Assembly (NCBI GenBank): GCA_028534125.1
Contig: CM052816.1
Location: 47,680,001-47,744,000, forward strand
Length of the DNA: 64,000 nt
Direction: 5' to 3'
DNA from: Lama glama
Taxonomy: Eukaryota
Below, piece by piece: positions 1-13,539 of the stretch. The first letter of the stretch is position 1, and the number at the start of each line of letters is the position of its first letter. Below the pieces are notes generated by a model. That model was not told where the DNA came from. It searched no databases and saw only the letters and a list, made by a program, of their open reading frames with translations. Position numbers and translations under genes: made by a program.

Positions 1-2466
1 TTGCAATTGTGGTTTTCTAATTTCTATAGCTTCCTGCTTTTCTATTTAGAGTAGACCTTTCAATATTTCTTTTAGGATAGGTTTAGTATTGCTGAATTCT
101 TTCAGTTTTCGCTTATCTGTGAAATTCTTTCTCTTGCCTTCTATTTTAAAGGGTAGTCTTGCCAGTTAGAGTACCCTAGGTTGCAGCTTTTTCTCATTCA
201 GGACTCAGAATATATCTTGCCCTTCTGGCCAGCTAGGCTTGTGTACAGAAATCAGCTGAAAGCCTTGTGGGGATTCCCTTGTAACTAATTCTTTGTTTTT
301 CTCTTGCTGCCTTTAAAATAATTTCTTTAACTTTGGCCATCTTAATTATACTGTGTCTTGGTGGAGGTCTGTTTGGGTTCTTCTTGTTTGGGACCCTCTG
401 TTTTTCCTGTATTTGGATATCTGTTTCCTTCTTTAGGTTTGGAAAATTTTCAGTCATGATTTCTTCAAATACCTTTTCAATTCCCTTTGCTCTTTCTTCT
501 CCTTCTGGGACCCATATTATGCATAGGTTGGCATGCTTTATATTGTACCATAAGTCCCTTGTATTGCTTCCATTGGTTTTTTACTTGCTTTTCTGTCTGC
601 TGTTCTGATTGGGTGACTTCTGTTATCCTCCTTCTAAGTCACTTATCTGCATTATCTAGTTTGCTTTTGACGTCTTGTAGCCTGGCTCTTATCTCAGCCA
701 CTGAACTTTCTGCTTTTAATTGGCTCCTCTTTATGGCTTCTATTTCCTTTTTATAGTATTCTCTATCTCTGATCATAGTCTCTCTTATTTCCTTCAGTGC
801 TTTTATCACCCCGTTTTTGAAGTCATGATCTTGTAAACTGTCGAAGTCTATCTCATTGTTCATTCTTTCAGGGGACTTATCTTGTTCTTCTAATTGGGAG
901 TGGTTCCTCTGCTTCTTCATTTTACTTATATTTCTCTGGCTCTGCGGGTTTAGGAGTATCAGTTATCTACTGTGGTCTTGAAGGGCTGGGTTTTATTTGT
1001 TTGTTTGTATTTAAAGTGGAAGTGTTCCTGTATAGACTGTGTGTAACTAATAGTTTTGTTGCAAGTCCTGTTCTTAGTGTGGATTGTTGCCATGTCTTTC
1101 TTCCCTGAGTGTTGGCTGTTATCCCTTTGATTGGAGGTGTGGTTGGTGCTGTGGTGATCAGAGCCTGCCCTGATTGTTGTTGCTGAACAGAGCCTCCTTT
1201 TTTGTTCTGTGGTTGTCACAGCCTTGACAGGGGCCTGGTCTGCTCCCCTGTTGCTGGAATAGAGGCTTCTAGATCCATTTCTGAGCTGCAGTGTGTGGTA
1301 GGCAGGGTTGGAGCAACTTCAGCTGGGAAGAAGAGTTGCTGAGTACACCTCTGCAGGAGATGGCCACTGGAAAGTGCCCTCTGTGGTGTTGTCTGTAACT
1401 TGTTATGAGGGCTTACAAAGTACTCTTGGTTGATGCTACCTTTGGGCCTCGCCTTAGCTGTGGGAATGTCAGCCACCCATTGTGGTGTCCCCCAGGTCCT
1501 GGGCCCCCAGAACCACCAGCACAAACCCCAGGCCCACCTCCACGAATGGTGTGGTAGGTAGCCTGTTGTAAATGTCTGTGCTCGCCCCCACCATGTGCCA
1601 GAACTCTACTCATTGCCTGTTCATCCCAGAGGCATGGGTTCACAAAAGCACCAACAAATCCACCCTCTCTGCCTAGGTCTATAAACAAATCTCAGTCTAG
1701 CCTGCGAAGTTGCAGGGCTCCTGGGTATGGATTCATCTTTCAGCCCTACCTCCATGCAGTAGCAATGACTATGACAGATCCCCACCTGTCTTCTTGCGGG
1801 AACACACCACAATGGAGCCAATTGGAGACAGCAGATTTAGTGTGGCTGCGTTGTGCCCCTCTCTGCCACACATGCAAGCAGTGGTGCCTTCTTATGGGGG
1901 TCTCAGGCTGTTCTGTTCCACACATACCCCCTGCCAGAGCTCATATCACCCGTCAGTCCCTTGAGGCTGCCTTTGTGCATTGGGCCCCAACCGTCTCCCT
2001 GGGCTCATCACCGATCTCCAGCAGCCAGCCCCAGCTTGTCCCTGCTGGCTCACATCTGGGGCTGGGGAATCACAGGGACCTTCCATGCCAGTTTCTCTTA
2101 GTTCTGTCTACCAAGTGGCTGCCAGTTTCTCCTTCAAGCCTTAGAAGTTTCATTTCTTTCCCCAGTGACCTCTCAGCTGGTGAGGGAGTGTCCCAGCTGG
2201 AGAAGGAGTGTCCCAGCATGAGGGTGCCTTTCTTCCTTTGCTCTTCCCTCCCCACAGGACCAGTCCCACACCAATTTTCTTTTTCTTTTTTTTTTCTCTT
2301 ACTGTATTTTATGAGAATCCTCTTACATTTTGAAGCAATACATACTCTACCAGAGTTCAGTAGGTATTCTTTGCGATTCACTGTGTTTGTAGACACAATT
2401 CTTGGTGTATTTGTGGGAAAGGACGAGCTGTGAGCTTTCTACTCTGCCATCTTGGCACCCACCCTC
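1..2466 (-). mobile_element. LINE-1 5' portion (5'UTR plus disrupted ORF1), continuing beyond the left edge
   Basis: Minus-strand 5' end has the YY1-type motif CAAGATGGC (2446-2454). ORF1 starts at 920 (MKKQRNHSQLEEQDKSPE...), continues after frameshifts (ENFPNLKKETDIQIQE...KAAREKQRISYKGIPTRLSADF) and ends ...KEILKGLL* with the stop at 46-48. Confidence 0.95.
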
Positions 2467-5029
2467 TAAAATACACTTTTAAAAAACACAGATCATTAAT
2501 AAAAATTAATTAGCCTTTAAGCCACAGATTCTGTCAGATTTGTGGCTACAGTGGACAACTGGAAGTATCTGGCATAACAGGTGAAGTATGCACAACAAGC
2601 TTAATGATGCAAAGGTATCATGGAATGAAGAAAGAAATGAAGGAATCAAGAGGGAGCTGGCAGGGAGATGCTTCTTTTCAAGTGCATATAAATATATGAT
2701 TGGAAATTGAGAGCCATTTGTAGATGTACTGAACAGAAAGGAAAAAATTGAAGGATGAGAAAACAAACTGGAAATAATTTTGGAAAATGCAAAATGCTTA
2801 AGGCCAAATAAAATGAATCTAAAATTAGTTATAATATTCTGGACAAACAGGCAAGTTGATACTGGAGAGGTATTTCTGATACACAAAGGAAAGACTCTAC
2901 AATAGGTATCTAGCAAAATTTTCCACAGGAAGACAGGATGGTGACTTCATAGAACTCATCAGGACTTGTAAAGTTGCTAGCAGTGGTGTAATGGCAGAAG
3001 AATTCTTCAGTGCAACCCATTCAGCTTAGGTCTCATAATTTTTCCACATTCTGCTGTATAAAGTACTCAATTCTTCTAATGGAGGTTGCAGACTGACAAA
3101 GAGCCTTTGGATGATGCATTTGCAGAATTAGAAATAACGAATGAACAAAGTATAATGATGCTATAATCATCATGCAGTTGTTATGTGAGAAACTCAAATT
3201 ATGGACTTCAGCCACCCAGGGTGACAATGAAGAACAGAATAAATAAGTAGTACAGGACATGGAAGATAGAAACCAGAGAGTCAAAGCCAAAGGAGCATTC
3301 AGCTCCGGCTAGTCCAATCCTGCTCATTCCTACCCCTGCAAAATCACTGCAGTCACTTACGCATATAGGTTTTGTCCTGAAAGCTTTTACCCTTTCATTT
3401 CTTTTTTAAAAAAAAATTTCCAGGTGTCTTGAAGGCAAACAATAAATTTTGGTGGATTTTACTGATCCTCATTTTAAGGTTTTTTAAGATACTAAGACAC
3501 AGGCTTTCTCAAGGTTTTTGTATTATCGCCTCACCAATATTAATATTAGAATTAGAGAAATGTCAGAATTAGACATTCTATTAAAAAATTAAATCTCCTA
3601 GTAATGTAAGAATCTAGGAGAAACTTATTTCTGTAAGGAATGCATGGTAGCATATTTCCTCTTTCTATATAATTTCTAAAACTGAGTTATATATTGATAT
3701 TTACAATTAACTGGTCATTTAACTTGAAAGTTCAGGTAGTTAAGGCTTATTGAATACATTGTAATTGTTATGCTGTCAAGATTTTCTGAAATGTGCTGAA
3801 ATGTTGCAAAGACTATAGCACAGTCTTTTGCCCTTTTTGCCTTATTTCAAGCACCAAGCACACTGGTATAGGAGCCTATACTGAAAAGTCTACATCAGTC
3901 TTCAGTCTTTTATTGTTATTTTATTATTTGTGTGTTTGTTTTTTCCCCTTCCCTCAGTAGCATAGCAAGCTGGTGGTGGGGTAAGTAGATCTCTGAAGGC
4001 GTAGGAAATAAGGGGTATAGTGTCTGTAGAGAATTCAAAACAGTAATAAAACCTACTCAGAGTGGATCTGCTTTTTATTACCACCATGCTCCAGCAATTC
4101 TAAATAATGTGAGTGATAAAGTTTACTCCCCCCAAAATATTTTTTGTATGTTCTGAATAACTGTTGCAGTTATGACCAATTTTCTATAATTAATATGTAA
4201 TCTTCAAATTAGCACAAATGTATTATTTATCCTCTAAAAAAAAAATGCTGTATTCTCCTTAGAAGTTAATTCAGAGAACTCTGTTAGAGTCACCTCCCAT
4301 ATAGATGTGTATTCAGCTACATGCATTTGTTTAGAGAGTAGTTTCCTAAGGTTACAGATTTTTGACTTGTTTCCAGCACTGCTGGTGTCTTCTTCCCCTG
4401 AGATATTCCTGCCTTCAAAGAGTAGACTCAAAATAAACATTGTTCAATCATTGTAAGAACAAAGGAATAGGATTTGAGTGCTCAATTCTGTTGTTCTGTG
4501 ATCACATGGAGTTTTTATTTGTGCTTAAAGAGTTTAAAACAGTGTGCAAATGAAAAAGTAAATGCAAATTTTATAGATGTGAAAAATATATGTGAATATG
4601 CATGAAATATATTTATTTCATTTTATGATCATTACTAACAATAATGTTCTTAAATAAAGGAGGGAAGATATTTTTAAATGGCCTTCTCTAGATAACTAGG
4701 TTCACCAGTGCCCACCACTGCCCTCCTCCCTTTCTAAGCCTCTTTCAATTGATATGTGTAACATTACACTGATTTTGATTAATAGATATTCTGAAAAGAC
4801 ACATATTTTAGAATCTGATTATTGTGACTGAAACAAAAGCATCAAATTAACATTTGACTTAAGGAATACAAAACCAGTTTTAGAATGCCCCCACAAGAAT
4901 AATAACCAAATCATAAATAAGCTATAAATAAACAAATAAACATGTCTATGTATCTGTAAAACACACGGACATATGTATATGTTTATGTGCATATTATTTT
5001 GTATGTCACCGTGGAAAAAATTTAAACAC

Positions 5030-6190
5030 TCTCCTTAATAGATCTTAGGTGAAAGAGGAAATGAAAACTGAAAACATTGGAAAGTACAGAGCATCCAGAA
5101 GTGAGTAGGAATGAGAAGGGCATATGTAACAAATCTGTGAAATGTGGACAAGATAGAATTGAAAGAAAAATTCAGAAGCTTTCATGTTTTTGTTAGAAAA
5201 AACATGTTAATAACAAATAAGTTAAACTTTTAATTAAAGGAGCTGATGGGAATATTAACTCTATATAAAAAAAAGAGAAAATAAAATACAAATAGGATAA
5301 AATAGTTGTAATAGATATAACAAACATGCTAAGAATGACATACTAAGAATTAATAATAATGTTAACTACCTCCTACAAATTAATAAGGAAATGACAAAAG
5401 AAACAATTATTTAAATGAACTAATAATTTGAAAGGGAAAGAAACATAGGAAGTATACTTAAACTCATTTGCAATCATGACATTATAAGCTAAAAAAGAAA
5501 ATAAAACAATTTTCCCATGATATGGGCAAGATTTATTACTGATAAATCAAGTGATAAAAAAGCTGTGGAAAAAAATTAGATTTCTGATACACTGTTGATG
5601 GAGTTTGAATTAGTACAGCCTTTTTCAAAGAAAATTTGTTAGTACTTACCAATATTACAAGTGACCAAACCCTTTTGATCTGGTAATTCAATCTTAGAAA
5701 TTTATTTTACAGAAAGATTTGTTCCCATGTTCACAAAGATATTTATACAAGAATATTCATTACATCATTATGTATAATAATACAAAAGAGGAAACAACCT
5801 AAAAATCAATCAACATGGCATTTTTATCTTATGGAATGTTATGCTGTCATTAAATAGAATAATGCAGATCTGTATGTACTGAAATTAAAACCTCAGTCTC
5901 CCTAATTCTCAAGCACTTTGTTAAGTGAAGAAAGCTAACTCATGAGAAAATGTATAGTGTGATCCCCTTTTTGAAAATAATTGTTTTTAAGTTAAGAAGC
6001 AAATATACATATTCATCCTAAATTCAGTAAATGTGTGGAAAGCAATCTGGAAGAACACACAACAAACTGTTTCTTCTTGGGGTGGCATTAGAATTGGGGT
6101 TGGGAGATAATAGAGGACTCTAATTTTTCATTCCATGTATTTCTGTATTATCTGAAATTTTTATAAGAATGCATAGGTGAAAAATCTAAT
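5030..6190 (+). mobile_element. Old L1 (L1ME-like) ORF2 3' end and 3'UTR remnant
   Basis: A-rich degenerate L1 motifs (actgttgatggagtttgaattagtacagcc; ggaatgttatgctgtcattaaatagaataatgcagatctgtatgtact). Boundaries approximate. Confidence 0.7.
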
Positions 6191-6279
6191 TGTGACATAT
6201 ATGTGATATATATATATATGATAGCACAAGAGTGATCAGTGGAAAACAGCCCAGACACCAACAATAAAGATAAGATAGC

Positions 6280-6480
6280 TGTAGCATGGTCTATAGAACC
6301 AGCTTGCCTGTGTTTAAATCCTGCCATTGTGCGATCTTGGGAAGAGAATTAACCTCATTGTCTCAGTTTCTTCATCTGTGAAATAGGGGTAGTTAATGGA
6401 ACATTATCCTAGTGAATAATGTATAAAACAATCAGACCAGTGTCTAGCATATATAAAGTACTCTTTAGCTATTCTTATTG
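6280..6480 (+). mobile_element. MIR SINE remnant
   Basis: MIR core ttaacctcattgtctcagtttcttcatctgtgaaatagggg, degenerate B box tttaaatcc, and 3' part cagtgtctagcatatataaagtactc. Confidence 0.85.
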
Positions 6481-6798
6481 AATTAGCTATTCTTATTAAA
6501 GTCAATGGAGGAGCATTTCCCAAGAAGAAATTTTTGATACTCTCAAATTGAGACTGGATGAGAATGAAAGGGAACAACTGAGATGTTGTTTTCACATTTG
6601 AAGGGACTGAACCAAAAGATTAGTTAGGTATTGAGTTCTCAGCTTAATAAGGAGCAAAAACTAGGGGCTCCAAAATGCTGATGCTTTTAACAAGAAAAAA
6701 AAAAGGAGTGATGATAATGTAGATTAGTTTCTGGGTGCAGAATTCAAGAAAATGTTTTTAGAATAAAAGTGTTCAGTATGTTTGTATCCTTGCAAGAC

Positions 6799-6999
6799 GT
6801 TTGGTCCTGTCCAAAATGTCCATAAGACATTTGGTTGTTAAGATATTTTGGTTATGCCAAAAGGTCCTTGAAATTTGGTCCTATCAAAAATGTCTGGAAG
6901 CATGTTTGGTCCACACCACATGGTTCTGGATAGGACCAATTATCAAGGACCTTTTGGCATGGACCAAATGTCTTATAGACGTTTTGAACAGGACCAAAC
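6799..6999. repeat. Long inverted repeat made of tandem subrepeats (probable foldback/MITE-like DNA transposon relic)
   Basis: 6799-6835 pairs with 6963-6999 (34/37) and 6854-6885 pairs with 6929-6960 (30/32). The motif TTTGGT(CC) recurs forward in the left part and reversed in the right part. Confidence 0.9.
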
Positions 7000-7994
7000 C
7001 TAACTATTTATAGCAGTGGAAAAGGAAGCAGTGGACAAAAGACTGAAGGTGTGTTGGGAGATGAGAGTGACTGGTGGAAAATGATCCCAGAGGGGACAGA
7101 AGAGATGGAGTCAGTAGCACAGAATGAGGTAGTAGGGAATCATTATTTCCAAATAGGATCTGAAGCATGGGTCCAACATTCTGGAAAGGTAAAACTAACA
7201 CAGAATTATAATCCAGGGTTTGAAATATGCTTTGTACTGAGAATACTTACACATTTGATATAGAGGAAAGGAGCAGTTGCCATGGTGGCTTAGGAGATGG
7301 GTATGGCTATCACACTGAATGACAAATTAGGGCATTAGAAAGAAATTGCAGAGCCTCAGAACCATTGGTGAAAGTTGAAAAGTATTGTGGAGATATGATG
7401 GAAACTTAAATCTAAGTGTGGAAGCTTAAGAAAGAGTGTGCTAAATCAGTCAGTTACAAGAAACTGAAGTTCTAGTGAGATTTTCAAACTTCTCCAGCAC
7501 AGGAACTAATAGAATTGGCAAAAGGAACTATCTACATAAATCTCTAAGGGATTCAGACATTATGTTTCTGTCGTGATCATGTCTTGTAGCATTGTGGTAG
7601 CATTTTGAATACCATGTATTTAATTTATATTTAAAATGCATCCAGTCATAACACACTGCATCTGGTACTATATTTCTTCAATAAAGTAAGGCATGTAACA
7701 TACTTGCTGACCCCCAAATTTCAGTCTGTGTTCATTTTCATAATTAGAAGAGAGACACGGAGAAGAATCACAAGCCATAAGTTCAGCAACTTCATTTATA
7801 ACTGACTACTTATGTCTGTCATGTTCTAAATCCCTTGGCAAAAGATGATACATATGGAAAGGTGAGACCAGGATGAAGAGTGAACAGAGGGAATGAATGG
7901 AATGGGAAGGACATACGACATTTGTTCCTCTACATATTCCAATGTGTCTTTCCCATGCCTAAACTGTTCTAATAAAATTTCTCTTCTTTGGCAG

Positions 7995-8035
7995 GTGTTT
8001 TGGAAGAAAACAGATGAAGAGTGGACAGACACAGA
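7995..8035 (+). other. Candidate 41-nt internal exon of an unidentified transcript
   Basis: CTAAT branch-like motif, tract tttctcttctttggcAG, purine-rich body and donor GA|GTAAGT. No recognised protein. Confidence 0.35.
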
Positions 8036-10224
8036 GTAAGTAAAAAAAAAAAAATGTATGCCTTTGTGACAAGGAAAAGAACTTCCGTGCATGTGTACAT
8101 GTTGTATACGGGTCTTTGAAACTTGTTAGACTGTGTCTCACTTTAAGTAAACTCAACATATGAAAACAATATTTAATATTTGCAAAACACAAATCAGGAG
8201 GTTACCATTTACTTTAGAAAAGACTGTTTGTCATGATTGTTTTCTCTTGAATTTCCTTTGATTAGCAAGCAACCCCAGGGAACTAAACCTAAGACTTGAT
8301 TTACACACAATACTTCAAAAATGTATCAATATCTGCCTAAATTCCAAAAGCAAAAACATATTTATGCCAAATGTGGGTCAGTGATAATATTTTTTCTTGA
8401 TGTCTTCCTAAATGTTATTAGCACTGAAATACAACATGAGTTGTGCACAAACCCTCCAAAGTAATTTTTTTTTAATCCCAAAAATACAAAAAAATCTGAA
8501 TACAAAATCTAACCTTTTTCTCCAGCCTCCCTTGGTTGGGGGTGGAGTGGTGGCAGTTACTGAGTTAAGGCAGCTAGATTGTCCCACAGTTCCAGGTTTG
8601 AATTTAGCCAGTATAGGGCATCTCACCAAGAGAGTGTCAATGTAATTCACAGCAATGAAGGTAAGACTGTCCAGGGTTAGTGGCAAAGCGAGTGAGGAGT
8701 AGAGGATGAAGGGGTTGAACTCATGGGCTCTGGGGTAGGGGCACTGCAGGGTGGGACAGTCTCACTAGCTCCTTGGGGACTAATTACAGTTCTTAGGGTC
8801 TAATGTAGGCAAACATGAGGGTATTTACAAGCCTAATAATCCTTTTGGTGGGTAGAGAGGTTTTCCTAAGCTATTTATAAGTGAAACTAAAAGAATTAAT
8901 GAAGAGGAAGTTTCTGCTCAACAAGTGAATTGGTTGAATTAAAAGTACTTTCTTGCTTTGTCATCTATAAAATTCAAGAAAATGTTTCCTAATATGGGTT
9001 TGAATATCGATTTTCTTTTTCTGATCTTAGATCTCGGTAACACTTAAGAGTGGAAACTTTACCAGGCTTTATCCCTTTTTGATATCTAATTAAACCTGAT
9101 TTAGTGGAGAATTCATCAGCATGCCTTTCCCCTCATATTTCATTTATGGATATGGTCAGACACCCATTTTTACCATGCACTGTATGTTGAAAGATCAAAT
9201 ACATCAGCATAATTTAAATAAATCTGAGCCCTATAAATTCCCACTGGATGCAAGACCACAAATGGAAACAAGAACAAGGGCATGTTCAATGACATTAAAA
9301 TGCAACTAATTTAAAACACAAAGGAAATACATTTCTATGGAGTGCCTAATAAATCTGCAGCACTCATTTCCACAGGATTTTAGTGAGCCAAATACCTCAG
9401 CAAATTTCAAGAAAGAATTATACATTCATAGCATAGGAAAAAAAATACTCGTGACTGTGAGGCTACATGAACTATCAATTTCCATGCTTTCTTTTTGAGT
9501 TGAAAGAAATTCCAGCAAACTTTTCAGATTAGTAAAAATTTCCTTGATAATTAGGGAAAGTGAAACTGTGCTAAAGTAAAACTGTCTTTTGATTTGGAGG
9601 TCTTTGTTTACTTAATTCTTTTATTTGACTGTTTTATTTCAAATAGCACTGGGGATATGGGTATCCCAGATATGGCCAGACTGTTTTCTTGATCTTTGAA
9701 TTGATTATACCAGGAGACCATCAGCATAGTCAAATCAGTCTCCTACAAAGACTGTATGATATGTAAGAACAGTAATTTTTATGGTAAGACAAATAGATTT
9801 GTATAAAAGTATTCCTGGAAGAGAAGAAAAATGATAAAAGAGGGAGTGAATGAGAGCTGGAAAGGAAAAGTAAAGAGCTAGAGATGATAGCATGGCTGGA
9901 GTCACAGAGTGGTTCTGGACCAAAACAGAGATAAGAAATCAAGTTTTGCTAATGAAAGAGCAAAAGCCTTTATTGTCTCTCCTTATTACCATTGTTCCTT
10001 AATGCATAGTCTTCTGTGTATTGTGAATCCCCATGTTTTCATTTTTATTCCTCCTCTCATGCCAGCAATTACCAGAAGAGAGGCGCATGTAAGCCTCCCT
10101 TTATCCAGATGCCTTCTTATGAGTGTCTCTCAGGTTTAAGAAAGTCAGTTGTCCCTTCCTATGAGCCCAGCATTCTGGATGTCATTAGTGAACTCTCTAT
10201 AGTTCCAAGGCCATGATCCTTCCA

Positions 10225-10900
10225 TTGCTTTAAATATTTTGTAAATAATCTATCATCTCCCAGGTGCTATAATAGGCTCTGGAAATATGTCAACAAAATA
10301 GTCAAAAATGTCTGCTCTCGTGGAGCTTATAGTCTGCTGGGAGAGGGGGGAAATGGGAGGGAAGGCAAATAATAAAATAAAAAGTAAAACATAGAGATGA
10401 TAAAACATGCTTGAGAGAAAAACGAAGCAGGAAATACAAGTAAAGTGTGTGTGCGTGCATGCGCAAGTGCACACGTGTAGGCTGGGGAAAGGGTATGGTT
10501 TTAAATGCAGTGGTCAGGAAAATTCTCACTGACAAGTGTCAGTTGAACATTGTACAATGTAAGGACTGAGGATGGCATTAGGATTCAAAGCATAAGGGAA
10601 AAAGGGAATGCAAATTCCCAGAGGCAGATAATGATTCTGGGTTCAATTCTGTTAAAGATGGAAACTCTGGGGAGTCTTGACATAGTCACATCATGATCTG
10701 ACTTGCATTTTAACAAAATCATTCTTGCTTTTGTATTGAGGGTAAATGAATCTGAAACTCTGCGTAGGTAGGTGTAGGGTGGGAAAAGTAGAAATTAAAG
10801 TCGTTAATACAGATGCAGAAGTTAAAAATCCATGATGGGTGATGGCACCTTCCAAAGCATGTGAGAAGTACAATCAAATAGGGGCAATGATGGAAGCTAA
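10225..10900 (-). mobile_element. L2 LINE remnant
   Basis: Typical antisense L2 text (ccaggtgctataataggctctggaaata...tctgctctcgtggagcttatagtct; catgatctgacttgcattttaacaaaatcattcttgct). Confidence 0.8.
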
Positions 10901-13539
10901 TAGGTAAGGGATGGAAAGAGTTGAACTCGTGGAATCCAAGAAAGAACTGTCAGAAAAGTACGAAAGGAAACAACTGTGAAAGGTAGAGGCTATTGGGCTT
11001 CACTAAGGACCCAGATGAGCTAAGACATCATGTATTTGGAGTGTCCTAAATGTGGACTGACAATGGTTGTTTGATAAATTTAGCAGTACTTCTATGCCAG
11101 TAATAGCACAGAAACTTGGTTGAAGAATTGATTCAAAGTTGTGGTTTTGCTGAGCAGGTGCAATAAATAATAACATCAAATAACTGAGATATTGATGATA
11201 GAGAGCTAAGATGGATAAAATACCCATGTGGTTCCAGGCAGGGAAAAGTAAATAAGACCAAAAGGAGGATAAATAATGAAGAAACAGGAATTAAGAAATG
11301 ATGTTTCTAAGAGTTTAAAGAGCAGATTTTGTAGGAATGAAGTTGAGACTGAAGAAAGGAAAGAGTTGTGAGAGAGTGGGATATGGGTGCTTAAGATTTT
11401 AAATGTGGAGTATCATATAAAAAATATAACTATATTGAACTTAATTTAAAGTTGATGTCTTTGCTGAATGTATCTTAGGCTATAGACAATTTTATTTCAT
11501 GATATAGATTTAACCATTCTCATTTAACTGTCGTTGTTGTTGTCATAAAATCCCAAGTTAAAGGATTCGCTTCCAGGCATTTTTGTTAGAGAGAACGTGT
11601 TCTAGTGTGTGTCAACCGAGCACCATGTGCAAAGCTGAAGGGCCCAATGCAGGAAACCTGCCCCCAACTTACAGAATCGTCTTTTCACTAGGCTTATTGC
11701 AGAGTGAGTGGATATGAGCATTTTACTCAAACTTACATAGTTCTAGGGAGTCCAAACATCATGGAAAGAGTTTTGGCTGTGATCAGACCACCAAATGCCA
11801 TCTGAATTTTTTTTCTGTTAAATAGTTTGGAATAACAATATCTACACTCACTTAGCAAAACCAAAGAAAACCAGATACAGACAAGCAAAGATGCTATTAT
11901 TTAAATAGAAATGTGTTGTTTACTACCAAATACGATTATCAAAGATTAGATAGATAGATAGACCTTAGTTTAAATTTTAAACTTAAGTTGAGTAACTCTC
12001 TTGAAGCAGGGTAATGTGGTTGACTAGCTCTGCTTATGCTTCTCCAACTCTTCTGGGCCTTTTTCTAAATCAGCAGAGCAGGGTCTGCCACATGTAGTGT
12101 TCTTTTTCAGAGGGAAAGTTGAAGCAAATTGGCTCATCTTCTCTTAGGTGAAATGTACCACTTTGAGTTTTCTTCTGGTTTCTTTGAGTTCCACTCACTA
12201 AATGTGAACCGAAGTTTTCCACTCCGCACCTGTTTTCCTGGTATTCAAGTCTGTCTTGCTGTGGATTGGATACTCACTACTCACTACATTCTAATTATGT
12301 CTAAAATCAGGACAAAATAACCTCAAAGTTTCCCTTTGATCATTAATTTCCAAGTGTCCCTCTCTAATGTAAACCTGCAAAGAATTTGGTAATTCCCCAC
12401 CGTAGAATGAAGTAAAAATTGTATGGTCCTTCAAGGTAATATTCCTGCAAGTAAATCTAGTAGCACAAACTCCTCCTTTTTCACTTAAACCAAACATCCA
12501 TTTTCCTGCATCATTAATAGAAAATTTACTAAGAGAGAGAAATTCTCATATAAGCTTAATTAGATGTTAAGAGAAATAAGCTAAAAAAAAAGAATTAATG
12601 AAAGAGAAGATAGTATCAGGTATATTTTGATGAATAATGTCTACCAATGTGTTAAATTGGAAATAAAAGAAAAGCTATGCAAAAAAAGAGGGAAAAAAGC
12701 AGAGACAAGAGAAAAGAATAAAGTTCTAGAGGTATAGAAGGAGAAAATGAAGAAAGGAATAAAAGACAACTAGGAGACATAAATTTAAAAAAAGAGAGAA
12801 TAGAAGTTTCCCACCATTAAAAAATATCATTATTATTTTACTAATAATATTAAAAACATTAAATTACAGGGTGATTAGTAAACGGAGATAAAATATTTTT
12901 TGTTAAAATTCTGTTTTCATGCCACTGTATTTTTTATTTTCTGTACTGCCATTAGTAAAAATGTCTCTAATCTCTTTCCTTATGTCATTGGATAGATTAT
13001 TTCATACAGATAAATTCATATGAAAACAGAGTAATCACACAGCATCTCAAGTACAGAGGACTCATTATGTGTGTACATTAATCAGAATATTCAATTCTAC
13101 TTGAATAAACATAATTACAAGGCTAAAATTTTTATATTCTCTGGACGCCTAACTCTTCCATCCATGCTTTAAGATTACCCACTTATTTCAAGTATAATTG
13201 GAATATCCCCCCAAATCTAATGGTTGCCTCTTTATTATAGCCATGTGCTCAGATTTACTCAAATAGAGAACAATTTCTGCAGCATCCTTTAAAAATAAAT
13301 AAATAAAGTATCTGATTGTGATTGCTACTTTGTAGGTCCAGACATTTAACGCATTCTTCCTTGGGAAAAAATAACAACAACGAGGAACAATAATCACAGG
13401 CAAAACTTTGCAACACCAATTGCCTTGAAAAGGAAACAAATATTTCCCACACACACAAGAAAAAAATACTGTCCATTCCTGTCAGCCTTTTCAACCTCTT
13501 TTGTGTTCCAAGAAATTGCGAGTAATGAAAACAGGGCAG

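Noticed and set aside
1216..2433. Overlapping ORFs up to 222 aa
   Set aside because: They lie within the GC-rich L1 5'UTR, where stop codons are rare, and show no recognisable domain.
6799..6999. Regularly spaced ~29-bp units superficially like a CRISPR array
   Set aside because: There are no unique spacers, orientation flips mid-array, the context is mammalian and no cas genes are present.
7996..8034. Peptide CFGRK resembling the natriuretic-peptide ring start
   Set aside because: The rest of the ring (DRI...GLGC) is absent; a 5-residue chance match.
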